Origin: the human T2T-CHM13v2.0 reference genome, Homo sapiens
DNA length: 64,000 bases
Strand: one strand, 5' to 3'
NCBI RefSeq assembly: GCF_009914755.1
Contig: NC_060941.1
Shown: positions 33,407 to 48,299 of the stretch, one piece after another
Layout: every line of letters starts with the position of its first letter
Numbering within the stretch: the first letter of the stretch is position 1
The notes under the pieces: model-generated
Told to the model about the DNA's origin: nothing
What the model saw: the letters and a program-made list of their open reading frames with translations, nothing else
Databases searched by the model: none
Made by a program: the position numbers and the translations under genes

Positions 33407-35099
33407 GTGAGTGGTCCGAGGGGAGCTGCGCAGAGGGGCGGGGGCCCGGAGGATCGGGGGAGAGCGCGGGAAGCTTGCGAGCCCTGAAACTTTCTCCCTT
33501 CCCCCGACATCCCGGGGATGGCGGGGAAGACTGGAGGCTGGGGGAGAGGGCGGGTCCGAGGCCGGAGACTGGACAGATAGGGTTAATAGGGGCGGGGAGA
33601 GGGTGCTTGGCTGGCCCACCCACTCCGCAGCGGGTGGCTGGAGGTGCGACCAGCGCTCGGAAAAAGGCCTGGAGCCGGGTCGCCAGGGTTACCCTACCCC
33701 TTCCCAGAGCCTCAGGACCGCTGAAGCCGGGGGCGAGTGGGGCGCGGGTCGTGGAGCTGGTGACCTGCAGGCTTTTCCCCTGACCTCTGGGACTCAGAGA
33801 GCCTCGGGTTCTGGGTCCCCCAGAGCACAGAGCCGGTCCAGGCGGGGGGCGGCCCCCGCGTCCCTCCCCTCCCGCCTTCCCTCCCGCTCCCTCCCTCCCC
33901 GCCTGTTGTTTTCCTCTGCTCTCCCGGCTGCGCGCAGCCGGAGCCCCACAGGACTTGGGCAGGCGGCTCCCGCCCCAGGCACTCGCGGCAGCTGAGCGGA
34001 GCGCCCAGAGCCCGCTCCCCGTGCGCCGGCTCCGCGGCTTCTCGGCGACCCAGGGCGCCGGGGATCCCCTCCCCGAACCCAGCCCGTGGCTTAACTCCCC
34101 TCCGACCGAGCGCCCGCTGACCCTCCCCGCAATACTGTCGTGAAGCCTCAGCCCCACATCTGGACCTGCCCCTTTAATCAACAAGCCCCTTGCCACCGCC
34201 CCATGCCACTGTGGGAAGAGCCCTTCCCTTCTCACGGCCCCACCTTTACCCTCCAGCCACTCAGCCGTGACCCCCAGGAGCAAGTACCTACAGGTCTGCA
34301 GCCCTAGACCCAGACCCCGAGCCTCCCGTCCTAGCCGTCCCTCTACCCCACCTCTGGGGCCTGGCAGTCAGGGCCAGCCTGAACTGTGGGGCAGAGACAG
34401 ACTCGGCCACAGCACACAGCTGCCGGCAACACCCAGGCCAGAACACAGGCATGAGGACCCCACAGCCCCTTGGAACCCTACTGTCCCCACCCCAGTGTCA
34501 CCACCAAATCCAGATGCCCCCCGGTGCTGGTAGTAAAGACACCTAGGGCAAGTGGTTGCTTTCAAAAGCTGAGCAAACCCACAGCCAGGCTGCGCCTCAG
34601 GAAGCCCTGTCAACCCCCTGATGCCCCCCACTGCTGTCCCACTCTCCCTGTGGCACCTCCAGGAATCTCCCAGGTGTGGGTTGTCACCACAGCTGATCCA
34701 GCAGAGGGAGGATGAGCCCCTGCAGATTCCAGAGGCGGATGGCGCCTGGATAAAAACCCTTTCAAAAAGACACATCTGATCTGTGAGGCCAGGAGTGTGG
34801 AGTGTAAAGGAAGGGCTGACCCTATGTGAACTCAGCCTTGTAGTGTTGTAATCTCTGAGCCCCGGTGTCCTTATCTGTGAAATGGGAATAAGAACTCCTA
34901 CCTCAGAATGCAAGTAACATCGTGGCATGTCATCATCAGTGTACCCTGGAGAGGTGTTTGGCTTTCCATTCCCATGGCCATCCTGGGTGTGGCATTCACT
35001 CCGGGTCTCCCCTAGTTCTCTTGCCAAACCTAAACTATATTCGTGCTTGAGAATTACACTGTGTTCTGCTTTCTTATTCCATTGTCTGGTGGTTCTCTT

Positions 35100-35440
35100 T
35101 GCATCTAAGGGTAGAAATTATCCTAGGGTAGGGACGGTGTCTTACCCAACAGACTAGGAAGTCCCAAAAGGCAGGGGCTGGCCTCTCCTGTCAAACCAGG
35201 GGCTCTCCCAGGATAAGAATGGTGCTTCCCTGTCTGACTCGGGGCTGTTTCAGAGCAGAGATTATGCCTCCCCCATCAGCCTGGGGATTTCACAGAGGCA
35301 GGGATTCTACTTCCTATCAAATTGGGGGCTCTGTCAGCACAGGGATGATGCTTCTGCAATTAGATGGGGGCTCCCCAAGATCAGAAGCTGGGCTTCCCCC
35401 ATCAGACTGGGGACTCCCTAGGGGTAGGAGCCGTTGTCCC
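35100..35440 (+). repeat. Degenerate 42-bp tandem array of the L2-3'-like unit, 7-8 copies, in the NXPH3 intron
   Basis: Unit anchors at 35151, 35193, 35235, 35278, 35319, 35362, 35404. Confidence 0.7.
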
Positions 35441-35728
35441 TGGTGCCACAGTTCACTGGAAAGAATTATTGTCGGTCTTTGAGACTTTGAATTTGAATAG
35501 TGGCCAAGACAGTGAGGAAAGGACAATGGGGGGGGGGGTGACCCAACTGTCAGAACCTGAGATGTACACAAGCTAGAGTGTACACTTGCCCCCCAGCTTC
35601 AGTGGGCAAGACGCAGGAGCTCCTCACCCAGGTCAGAGTGAAGTGGCAGGGACAGGGGTACTGCTGGTAGCGGGGGTGGTGGACCTCCAGGGACAGGGCT
35701 CTCACTGTACTCACAACTCCCTCCATAG

Positions 35729-36433
<705 letters not shown>

Positions 36434-37470
36434 CCCGGGGCAGGCCACAGAGGCCAGGCCAGGGCTGGAAGGACAGGCCTGCCCATGCAGGAGACCATCT
36501 GGACACCGGGCAGGGAAGGGGTTGGGCCTCAGGCAGGGAGGGGGGTGGAGACGAGGAGATGCCAAGTGGGGCCAGGGCCAAGTCTCAAGTGGCAGAGAAA
36601 GGGTCCCAAGTGCTGGTCCCAACCTGAAGCTGTGGAGTGACTAGATCACAGGAGCACTGGAGGAGGAGTGGGCTCTCTGTGCAGCCTCACAGGGCTTTGC
36701 CACGGAGCCACAGAGAGATGCTGGGTCCCCGAGGCCTGTGGGCAGGCCGATCAGTGTGGCCCCAGATCAAGTCATGGGAGGAAGCTAAGCCCTTGGTTCT
36801 TGCCATCCTGAGGAAAGATAGCAACAGGGAGGGGGAGATTTCATCAGTGTGGACAGCCTGTCAACTTAGGATGGATGGCTGAGAGGGCTTCCTAGGAGCC
36901 AGTCAGCAGGGTGGGGTGGGGCCAGAGGAGCTCTCCAGCCCTGCCTAGTGGGCGCCCTCAGCCCCTTGTCGTGTGCTGAGCATGGCATGAGGCTGAAGTG
37001 GCAACCCTGGGGTCTTTGATGTCTTGACAGATTGACCATCTGTCTCCAGCCAGGCCACCCCTTTCCAAAATTCCCTCTTCTGCCAGTACTCCCCCTGTAC
37101 CACCCATTGCTGATGGCACACCCATCCTTAAGCTAAGACAGGACGATTGTGGTCCTCCCACACTAAGGCCACAGCCCATCCGCGTGCTGTGTGTCCCTCT
37201 TCCACCCCAACCCCTGCTGGCTCCTCTGGGAGCATCCATGTCCCGGAGAGGGGTCCCTCAACAGTCAGCCTCACCTGTCAGACCGGGGTTCTCCCGGATC
37301 TGGATGGCGCCGCCCTCTCAGCAGCGGGCACGGGTGGGGCGGGGCCGGGCCGCAGAGCATGTGCTGGATCTGTTCTGTGTGTCTGTCTGTGGGTGGGGGG
37401 AGGGGAGGGAAGTCTTGTGAAACCGCTGATTGCTGACTTTTGTGTGAAGAATCGTGTTCTTGGAGCAGGA

Positions 37471-37476
37471 AATAAA
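37471..37476 (+). terminator. Proximal NXPH3 poly(A) signal AATAAA
   Basis: First AATAAA I found after the stop, ~1.04 kb downstream. Confidence 0.7.
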
Positions 37477-37934
37477 GCTTGCCCCGGGGCACTGGAGTCA
37501 GAGTTGTCCAAGGAAAGGGCCTCAGGCATCCCTTGGTCCAGGAAGAATTTCTCTGATGGCCGCAGGACATTTGCTTGAGACCCAAGTGGCAGGGCTCCAA
37601 CCGCCCTTGGCGCTGATGTTTGCTGAGGGCTCAGGGCTTCCCTCTCCAGCCCCGGTTCCAAGCTGTCTGATCCCCCACGAGGAAACTTGAGCAAACACCC
37701 TGGGCTCGGTGCTGGAGGAGGGCGTAGCATCTTCAAGAACAGCTCAGGGAGGGAGAGCTAGCAGGTAGAATGGGCCAATGAGGGTGTTCCTTGGTGTCCT
37801 CCCTGAACTGCCATCTGCAGACCCAGCAGGGTCCTAGCCCCGTCATTTTGCTGCGTGGCCTTGGCCATGTCCATTCTCCTCTCTGGCTTTCTTTCTTTGT
37901 TTCTTCCTCTATGACATGAAGGGCTTGCCCAGAC

Positions 37935-38108
37935 CAGGGGTTCTCAAACGCGGATCACCCAGAGGGTTTGTTAACACACAGATTTCTGGGTCCTACCCAC
38001 ATTTCTAATTCAGCAGGCCTGGGTGGGGCCTAAGAATTAGAATTTCTAACGAGTGCCCAGGTCTATGCTGATGCTGCTGCTCCAGGGCCCATGCTGGGAG
38101 ACCCACTC
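37935..38108. mobile_element. MER5A-like hAT-Charlie element
   Basis: caggggttctcaaa...gggtggggcctaagaatt...tttctaac...gctgatgctgctg...gagacccact. Confidence 0.75.
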
Positions 38109-39599
38109 AAAGGACCTTGAAGTTCATCTCTGGCTATGGCTCCGCAGGAGGGGGAGACACCTCGGATGTGATTTCCCAGCTGTAATTTCCATCTGCTTCT
38201 CCTGGGGAAGGGGCCTTTCAGAGAATCGGGGCTATTGTATTGGATTTTCAATCTGACCACATGCCAGTGAAGGAACAGGCTGGAGTGGGGTGTGGACACA
38301 GGGCCTGCGTCAGTCACTCCCCTCCTGCAGCTAGTAAGAGGCCTCAGAATGGCCAGCTGCCAGTGGCACCTTGTCTGGGAGTTAGTTGGGCCCTTTGGGA
38401 CTCTGTGAAGGGAAGACACTACCAAGGTCACAGTGCCTTCTGGAGGTCATTCTAAGTCGGCTCTCTTGGGAGGGCAGCACTCAGGGCCCTTTGGGCCCTC
38501 TTGAGGAGAGGAGAGTCCTGGCAGTAAGGTAAGATGGGCTTGCCACCCCCCACCTTTCGCCCCTGCCCACCAGCGCTCCGCGCAAACTGGTCCCCTCATA
38601 CTGCAGCGCAGAGTTGGGTGGGGCTGAGAAGCCATCTGGTTACAGCCCACCTTGTAGGAAATGACCCAGCTTGTTTCCCCCACATCATGCTTCCAGGGGC
38701 CGTCTCTCCTGAGTGGAGATGTGAGACACACACCCCTCCTCCAGACCACCCTCCGCTCCCCACCCTGGAGGCTTGAGACTGCTGGCACTGGAGCAGCCCA
38801 CCAATGGACACCCACCGTGTGCCGTTCAGCCTCCCACAGTGCTGTGGAGACTGCAGGAAGGAGGAGGAAGCAATGGGGCCAGAGGCCCTGGGCGCCCTCC
38901 CCACCTCCCCTGGCTGAACTCTCAGCAGGCACTGGGGGCACTTTGACCCCCCTCCTGCTCCTCTCCTCCTGTGGAGAGCCAGATGCTGGCGACAGCTGGA
39001 GGGCCCGGCCTTCCTGGCACACAGTTCTGCCTGCACCAGGGATGGATTCATTTTAATAACTTCATTTCACCCTCATGCACACTGCCGCCTCATCCCTCCT
39101 TTCCACCTTCCCCAGTAGCCTGGCTGCTCTCCTCAGCTAGGACTTCGCTAACAGATTTCCTCCCAAACCTTAATTCTTTGGAATAGCCCTCTGGTCCCTA
39201 CTGTTCTTGCCAGATACTTCTGTGCCCGCTTGGTCCTCACAAGGGCAAGGGGTCCATCCAACTTCCTCTGGCTAAGAAGACGTCACCTCTGCCCCATTGG
39301 CGAGCAGTGTCCCCATGGTGATGCCCCCCCACCATCACGACGAAGTGCGCTGGCCTCCCACTCTTGCCATGCACACACTCACAGGAGATTCCTCTGAAGA
39401 AACCTGTCCCCACTCTGCCCAGACCCCAAAGGGCCAGGTCCTACTCACACTCCAACCCGTTGACCTTCCCCATCCACTGCCCTTCAAGGCAGTCTGAAAT
39501 GCCCTCAGACCGTTTAGCGGTCCCGTGGTCCTCCACCCTAACCCCTCAGCCCAGCTGGGGGCTGCCGGGGGCCTTGTCTCCTCCATCAGTGGAGCCTCT

Positions 39600-39816
39600 G
39601 GGACAAGTTTACCAGGCTGGGGGTTCTTTAAGGACACAGCTTGGATCTCCCCATCAGGCTGGGGAACACCTAGGGCCGGGGGCCATGCCTCCCTCATCAG
39701 ACTGAGGACACCCTGATGTCAGGGGCTGGATGGCCCCTTAGACTGGGGGTCCCTGAGGGCAGAAGCTATGCCTCCCCTCATCAGACTGGAGTCTCCCTGA
39801 GGGCAAGAACTGTGCT
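39600..39816 (+). repeat. Degenerate 42-bp tandem array of the L2-3'-like unit, 5 copies, in the extended NXPH3 3' UTR
   Basis: agact/aggct anchors at 39614, 39656, 39699, 39740, 39783. Confidence 0.75.
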
Positions 39817-40937
39817 ATGGATGGGAGGGGGACAGCTTGCCTTTTCCTAGGCATCAGAGCACCTGGAGGCTGCCTCTGCCCTTCAGCTTTGCTCAAAGGC
39901 GCTGTCTGGGTCTCAGCATTCCTTTCTCAAGTAGGGTGAATCTCCTAGCACTCTGTGAAGCTAATAAGGGGGATTACCCGTTAGGTCAACTGGTAGCAAT
40001 GCCCGAGTCTCCTTCTCGATGAAGCTTAAGGCAAAAGCAAATGAATATCTAGGTCCCTTCCCCCCCTTCCCCCCTTCCCTTTCCTGGGATGAGCAAGCGG
40101 GAACTGAGTCACCCTGTTCCCCATCCTTGGCAGGAATGCTGGTGACCTTGCATTGTGGCAGATTCAGGTGGCGAGGCCCATTGCTCGAGATGCACCTGGT
40201 GGGTGGGTGGCAGGGATCCTGGGGGAGTGTTTATGGGGACGGAGGCAGCTGAAGGGCAGGGAGGGGTGACCAGGTGCTGGGATCATCGAGTGAGTATGTG
40301 CAGGAGGGATTGTAGAGACACAATGAAACAGTTGCTCTGTGTTGGGAAGTGATCCAGTGTCATCGCTGGGAGTGGGAGACAGAAATGTTACTTCCAAAGA
40401 TTCCGAGTCCTGTGGTACTGCCAGGAGAACCGGGGGCTGGGGTGATGGGTAAGGAGAGGCACCATTAGCCCCGCCAGGCAGAGGCAAGATGGGGTGGGGG
40501 CGGCACCTGCCAATTATGCCAAAGTCTTGGAGTGGCAGCTGGCACCATCACCAAGGCACAAATGCCAGCAGAGACCTGGCACTCACCTGGGTTGTGATTC
40601 CATAGGGCCCCTGTCTCCTGTTGGTCTCCCAGGCTCAAAGGCTGACCTGATAATTCAAGTGAAGGATGCCTAGTTCAAGGCCTCCCAGTTCCTCATCCCA
40701 GGCCACCTGGTCAGGTGGTCCCAAGGGACAAGCTAGGTCCTCCTGAACTGCAGAGGCTGCCAATAAACTGGCAACACAGGTGTTGCAGGAAGATATAGCT
40801 GGGTCCTCATCCTGGGTCTGTAATTTATTAGACGTGTGGCTTTGGACAAATGACATAATTTCCCAGAGCCTCCTTAGATAAAAAACTAGGGCTTTGCTTA
40901 CCTTGGCGTATTGTTAGGAAAATTAAATGAGTTGCTC

Positions 40938-40943
40938 AATAAA
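40938..40943 (+). terminator. Distal NXPH3 poly(A) signal, at the 3' tail of a MIR (~40805-40950)
   Basis: gctcAATAAAtgtta followed by T-rich and GT-rich sequence (40960-40987). Confidence 0.55.
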
Positions 40944-41079
40944 TGTTACTTCCTCCTGTCTTTTTTTTTCTAAGATGGGTTGTTGTTAACCTTGGCCTTG
41001 CTCCTGGTGTGGACAGGGGAAAGGGTCCCAGGCTGGAGGTAGGAGACCTAGGTTCCTATCCTGGTTCCACCCCATCATG

Positions 41080-42230
<1,151 letters not shown>

Positions 42231-43189
42231 TTAATTCTAGCTCCTCCTAAGTCAGTGGATGTATTTGGGCACTTTACTTACATGGCCTCAGTTTCCTCAT
42301 CTGTGGAACTGAGATAATGCTTACATCTTGGCACACACCAGAGAGGTTTTATAGACTCACGGGCAAGAATAAACATGGAAGGCTCTGGTCCTCCTCCCTG
42401 TCTCAAGGCACACAGCCTCTATTTTGAGGGGAGTAGCAAACAAGTTGCTACCGCATTGTTGGGAGCCCTGGAAGGGCTCAGGAGGATTCTCTAGCCCTGA
42501 AAGGCCTTAGTCCCCAAATTCGTCCCTGACACCTCTGAGTCCCATCTACATTCTGCTGTTGGTGACACACAATCCTCATTAAGGGCCTGAATGATCCCAG
42601 CCAGATGGGATCCTAATTTAATTAAAACCCTTTAATTACCTGCAACAACACTGCTTTGGAAGTCCAATGCCTTAAAAGGGCCCTGTGATGGGAGGGGCAC
42701 CATCCACAGGGCAGAGTAGTGGCTGCCCTTTTAGCACTGAGGGAACCCAGGGATGCAAGGTGTTTCTCTCACCCCAGTGGGCATGGAACAGCCAGTGTGG
42801 TCCAGGCTTCTGGTTGGTTTATAGGGTACAGCCAAGCAGGGGAGTGCATGAACCAGGCCCTTGGGAGCAGAGTACCAGGCTCTTGGCCTGAAGCTGTCAG
42901 TGCTGGTTTTGTGCTGACACTGAGACCAGTACAGCCTGTTCTGGTCAGGTCTGAGCACTCCCAAGACCCTGCCCCTGCAGGACACTCCGGGTAGGAGCAG
43001 GCATGGCTCTAATTTCTCCTGAATGGGCTGGCTTAAGAAGCAGCAGTTACCTCTGCAACCACCAAAGGAAATTCGTGCCCTTGTGAACAGGGTCTTTCTT
43101 CAAGATGTCATCTACTTGGGGAGGGGCGATGAAAGGGAGTAACCTGAGTGGGCTGCAGAGGGGCCACATGGTTTCTTGGGGACTTATAA

Positions 43190-43513
<324 letters not shown>

Positions 43514-44308
43514 GTCTCTTCTCGTGGTCTTGAGCCTCAACTGGCTTCTCCTGATAGAGGCAGAAAGAAGGAGCCCAGCCCAGGCCAGAGCCTGCTAGGC
43601 CTTGGCAAAGGCAGACTCAGAAACCCAGACCTGTAAGCTGGGCTGTTTGGGGGATATCATGTGTTAATACGCCCTCAGTTCTCCCTTAGTACTGAGTCCT
43701 TCAACAATTGCTTAATTAACAAAGCCTCTGAAAGTTCCGGCTGGTCTTCCCTGGCCCAGGAGATCCAGGTGAAACGGCTTTGATTCACACCTGAGCCATA
43801 GTCTTAAAGCAAGAGAAATGTTCTACTGGAGTCAGTGTGATATCAGCAGCTGGAATTGAACCAACAAATCCCAAAAGGAAGGAGAAACTCAAGAGGGAAG
43901 AGCTAAAACCACCAGGCCCCACCATTCCACACCATTCCACACCTCAAAGATTCTTCCAAAGCTAAAGCCAAGGAGGCTATCTACATGCTTTATTGAACAA
44001 GCCCTCCAGTACCAAGCCCTCTGTGCTCCCACCCACCCATCCTCTTCCTCTCTCCTCCAGAATCCTGCTTCAGTTACCCTCATCTCACTTCCCCTGCTGT
44101 CCCTACCATTCACAGCCTCTGAAAAGCCTGTTGCTACCCCTGGACTCAGGTTGTCTGAAGTAGTGTCTGCAGTGCCAACCTGCAGACTCTCTGAGCAGGA
44201 AATGTGGATGTCCCCTCTAGACTAGAGACGGGGAACAGGAGTGGCCTTCCCCTTCGGACCAGAGACTCCCTAAGGGCAGGGGCTGTGTGCCCCTCAAGAC
44301 TCACCAGA

Positions 44309-44711
<403 letters not shown>

Positions 44712-45056
44712 TCATCCCTGCTGTGCCTCACTGGCCTGCTGCTGATGCATGATCACAGCCTCAGCCCACTAATGTGGGAGAGGAAGTGGCAACAGGAAGA
44801 CAGACTGCTGCACGGTAGGCACCCCAAATTCCCAGGTCCTCCTGGCCGGAAGAGCAGGTGTGGCAGGAAGGGTGAAAGTGGGAAAGGATGGTGGCATGCC
44901 AGCCAGTGCTGACACACCCCTCCTCTCACCTGTCCCTGATATTGTATGTTGTCTTCTCTAGAAAGGCTTTCAGAGACCCAGGTTGGCTCCTGGGGCGCAG
45001 TGAGGGGCAGGTCTCACCCTGAATCTCTTAGTCAGAAGAGAGCCAAGGCTTCTGGC

Positions 45057-45892
45057 TCCTAACCAAGTGACTTTTTCCCATTATGCCAGGCTTCCTCGCC
45101 CCAGATCCCCTTCATGGCTTGGCAAAGAAAGCCCTACTTGGTCCTAGGGAGCCTGGACTCCCCTCACTTTGGGGTGAAGGCAAAGGTGTGCCAAGCTGGG
45201 ATATGTTTGAAGACAGCTGTGTCTGAGTCTTCATTGGCATGTGATCATCTACCCACCTTGCCTCTCTGGGCCTTGGATGGCAATTCTTCCCCCACCTGCT
45301 CACATGGTCCCTGTGAGGGCCAAACTGGCCCAGTGGATGGTGAGCCCCACATCACTGTCGGCCCCAGCCGCTAGTGCTCACAGGCATCCACAGGAATGGG
45401 GAGAGGGCTGGGTTTCTCTTTCTTTTCAGGGCAGGCTATGTGGCACAACAGCTGAGTGCAGATTCTGAAGCCAGGTTGCGTGGATTCAAATTCGTGCCCT
45501 GCCACCTCGTAACTGTAGACCTTGGGCAAGTTACTGATCATCTTTGCATTTCAATTTCCGCATCTGTAAAGTGGGGATGCTTGCTCCTCGCAGAGGGCTG
45601 TTGTGAGTTGGAGCTGTGTTTGGCACAGGGGCGGTGCTCAAGACCAGCGGCCCAATGACAGCTCATGATGCCTGTCCTGCTCCTGCCAAGCCTGGGTGGG
45701 AGGTAGGGAGAAGAGTGGCCATGGGCTCTATCATTCCTTGCTGCATATCCTAGCTGGGCACAGCTTTGCCTTCACCCCAAAGTGAGGGGAGTCCAGGCTC
45801 CCTAGGACCGAGTAGGGCTTTCTTTGCCAAGCCATGAAGGGGATCTGGGGCGAGGAAGCCTGGCATAATGGGAAGAAGTCACTGGGTTAGGA
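45057..45892. repeat. Inverted repeat: 149-bp arms (45057-45205, 45744-45892), 6 mismatches, 538-bp spacer containing a MIR
   Basis: Manual alignment of the left arm to the reverse complement of the right arm, no gaps. Confidence 0.95.
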
Positions 45893-47154
45893 AGAATGTG
45901 CAGGAAAAAAACTAGGGAAGGTCAGAAGTCTGTCATGTCTACAAAAGATGACACATAAAAAGGAATCTACTTTTGTTTTCCTTGATTCTGGCCCAAAAAT
46001 GGGGCACTCGGTTGCATTCCCTCTGTTCCTTGGCCCAGCATCTCACTTGTGCAAGCACCAGCCCTTCCAGTGCACTGAGTGGTTTCATCTGTGTACCACC
46101 CTCTGGACCTCTACCTGTAAACAAACGAGGCTCAGAGAATGCAGGCAACTAAAGGATTTTTATTTAGGGACCCAGAGAGCTGTCCACCAGGCACACTCTC
46201 CAGGCAAGGGGACCCTCCTGCCTTACCTTGCCCTGAGTCCTGGCCCCAGTGCCCTGTCCCCCAACCATGTACCGATAACCCAGTGCCCTCCCTCTCTCCT
46301 CACCCAGCCTCATCACCTTCGCCTGGCAGATCAGTTTCTCTAGGCTTGGATGGCCCCATGATCCCTTGCTGGTACCCCCTGTGAATGCGTGTGTGAAACA
46401 TGTCCCTGTCTTGGACTGTATCCTTGAGGGTGAGGACCATGTCTGTTCTGCCACATAGTGAGTCCCCTGAGGACAGGGCCTTTTGTGACCCTTTCCTTCC
46501 ATACTTTGAGAAGGGCCAAGTGCCTGGGGTACACACAGGGCCTGGCTAGTAAATCTGGTTGACTCACAGATGAACTCAATACAGTTTCTATTGTGGGAAT
46601 CTTTCACAGGGACAGGGAGAAAGAGAAGGGAAAAGACAGAGGTGAGGAGGCAGCTACATTCTGCCATGCCACGCTGGCTTGGGTAAATAGAGGGTAGACG
46701 GGGCATGAGTGTGGAAAGGTATATAATGCCCCCATTTCCCAGTCTTGGCAGCTCCCAGGCCTGGGAGAGGAGGGGGCCTGCTGCCACTCAGTCAGGCTCT
46801 GCCATCTGCCACATCTCAGCAGAGATCAGAACTGGAGGGCTCATTGTAGGCAGGTTTTGTTTTTTCTCTAAATGTGGCAGGATCAGGCTCAAGATGTCAC
46901 TCTAGTGAGCAGGACTAGAGATGGGGAGATAAATGTCTACGAAAATAGGGGAGAAATAAATGGAAGCTTCTATGTTCCAGAAGAGAAGAATGGGGGCAAA
47001 AAAAGAAAAAAGAAGAGAAGCTAAATAAGATAGTGTAGGGAAGATGGGCTCGATTTAGCAGGTTTGCATCCATCTTTCCCCAGCCACTCAGAAGGCAGCA
47101 ACAGCCCAAGACACAGGACTCCTGGGTCCCAAGTGCCTTCCTCTCCTCAACCCT

Positions 47155-47734
<580 letters not shown>

Positions 47735-48299
47735 TGAAGAAGGAAAGAGTGATTTCCAGGTGAGTGAAAGATTTGACACAGGCTCTTTCCTGGGACCTCT
47801 GCGGACTCTCCCTCTTCCATATCACAACAGGTAAGATACCTGGAAACTTGCAGGACGCCAGGCCAGCTCGTCTACTCAGGATGCTTTTTCCAGAGTGAAT
47901 CCTACTCAGAAGATTCCCACACTCCCAAAGGTGCCCATTTTAGTGTCTCATTACAGATTTTTATTCCAATCTAAGAAATCCTTACAGGAACTGGTCTCAG
48001 AAGGCCATATATGGCTTAGTTCAGAAACAATAATATAGCAATAGCTATAATCTTAGTAGCAGTTTACCTTTCTGAGGCCTTTATTCAATGCTAGGCACCA
48101 TGATGAAGATGTGACATGTATATTTTCATTAATTCCCCACAAGAAGTCTATGAGATATACCCATTTTACAGATGAGGAAACTAAGGCCAGGATCACGAGT
48201 GGTGGCAGGAGATGGAAGCCAGACTCCTAGACTCCAGGTGTGTGCTCTCCAAACACCTGCCGCGGCTGGGCCCTTGGTGCAGCCTGCACTCTTACCAGC

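Larger units (their letters stand above)
32570..34150 (+). promoter_or_regulatory. NXPH3 CpG-island promoter, exon 1 and start of intron 1
   Basis: Very high GC and CpG density, GC boxes, CTCF consensus CCGCCAGGGGGCGC at 32918-32931, no obvious TATA box. Confidence 0.9.

Noticed and set aside
32970-34283. 437-aa minus-strand ORF and overlapping 255-aa and 194-aa ORFs
   Set aside because: They lie in the CpG island where stops are rare; low-complexity G/A/P/R composition, no domain, antisense to or intronic in NXPH3
35100-35440. CRISPR-like interpretation of the 42-bp arrays
   Set aside because: Mammalian DNA, no identical repeats with unique spacers, no cas genes
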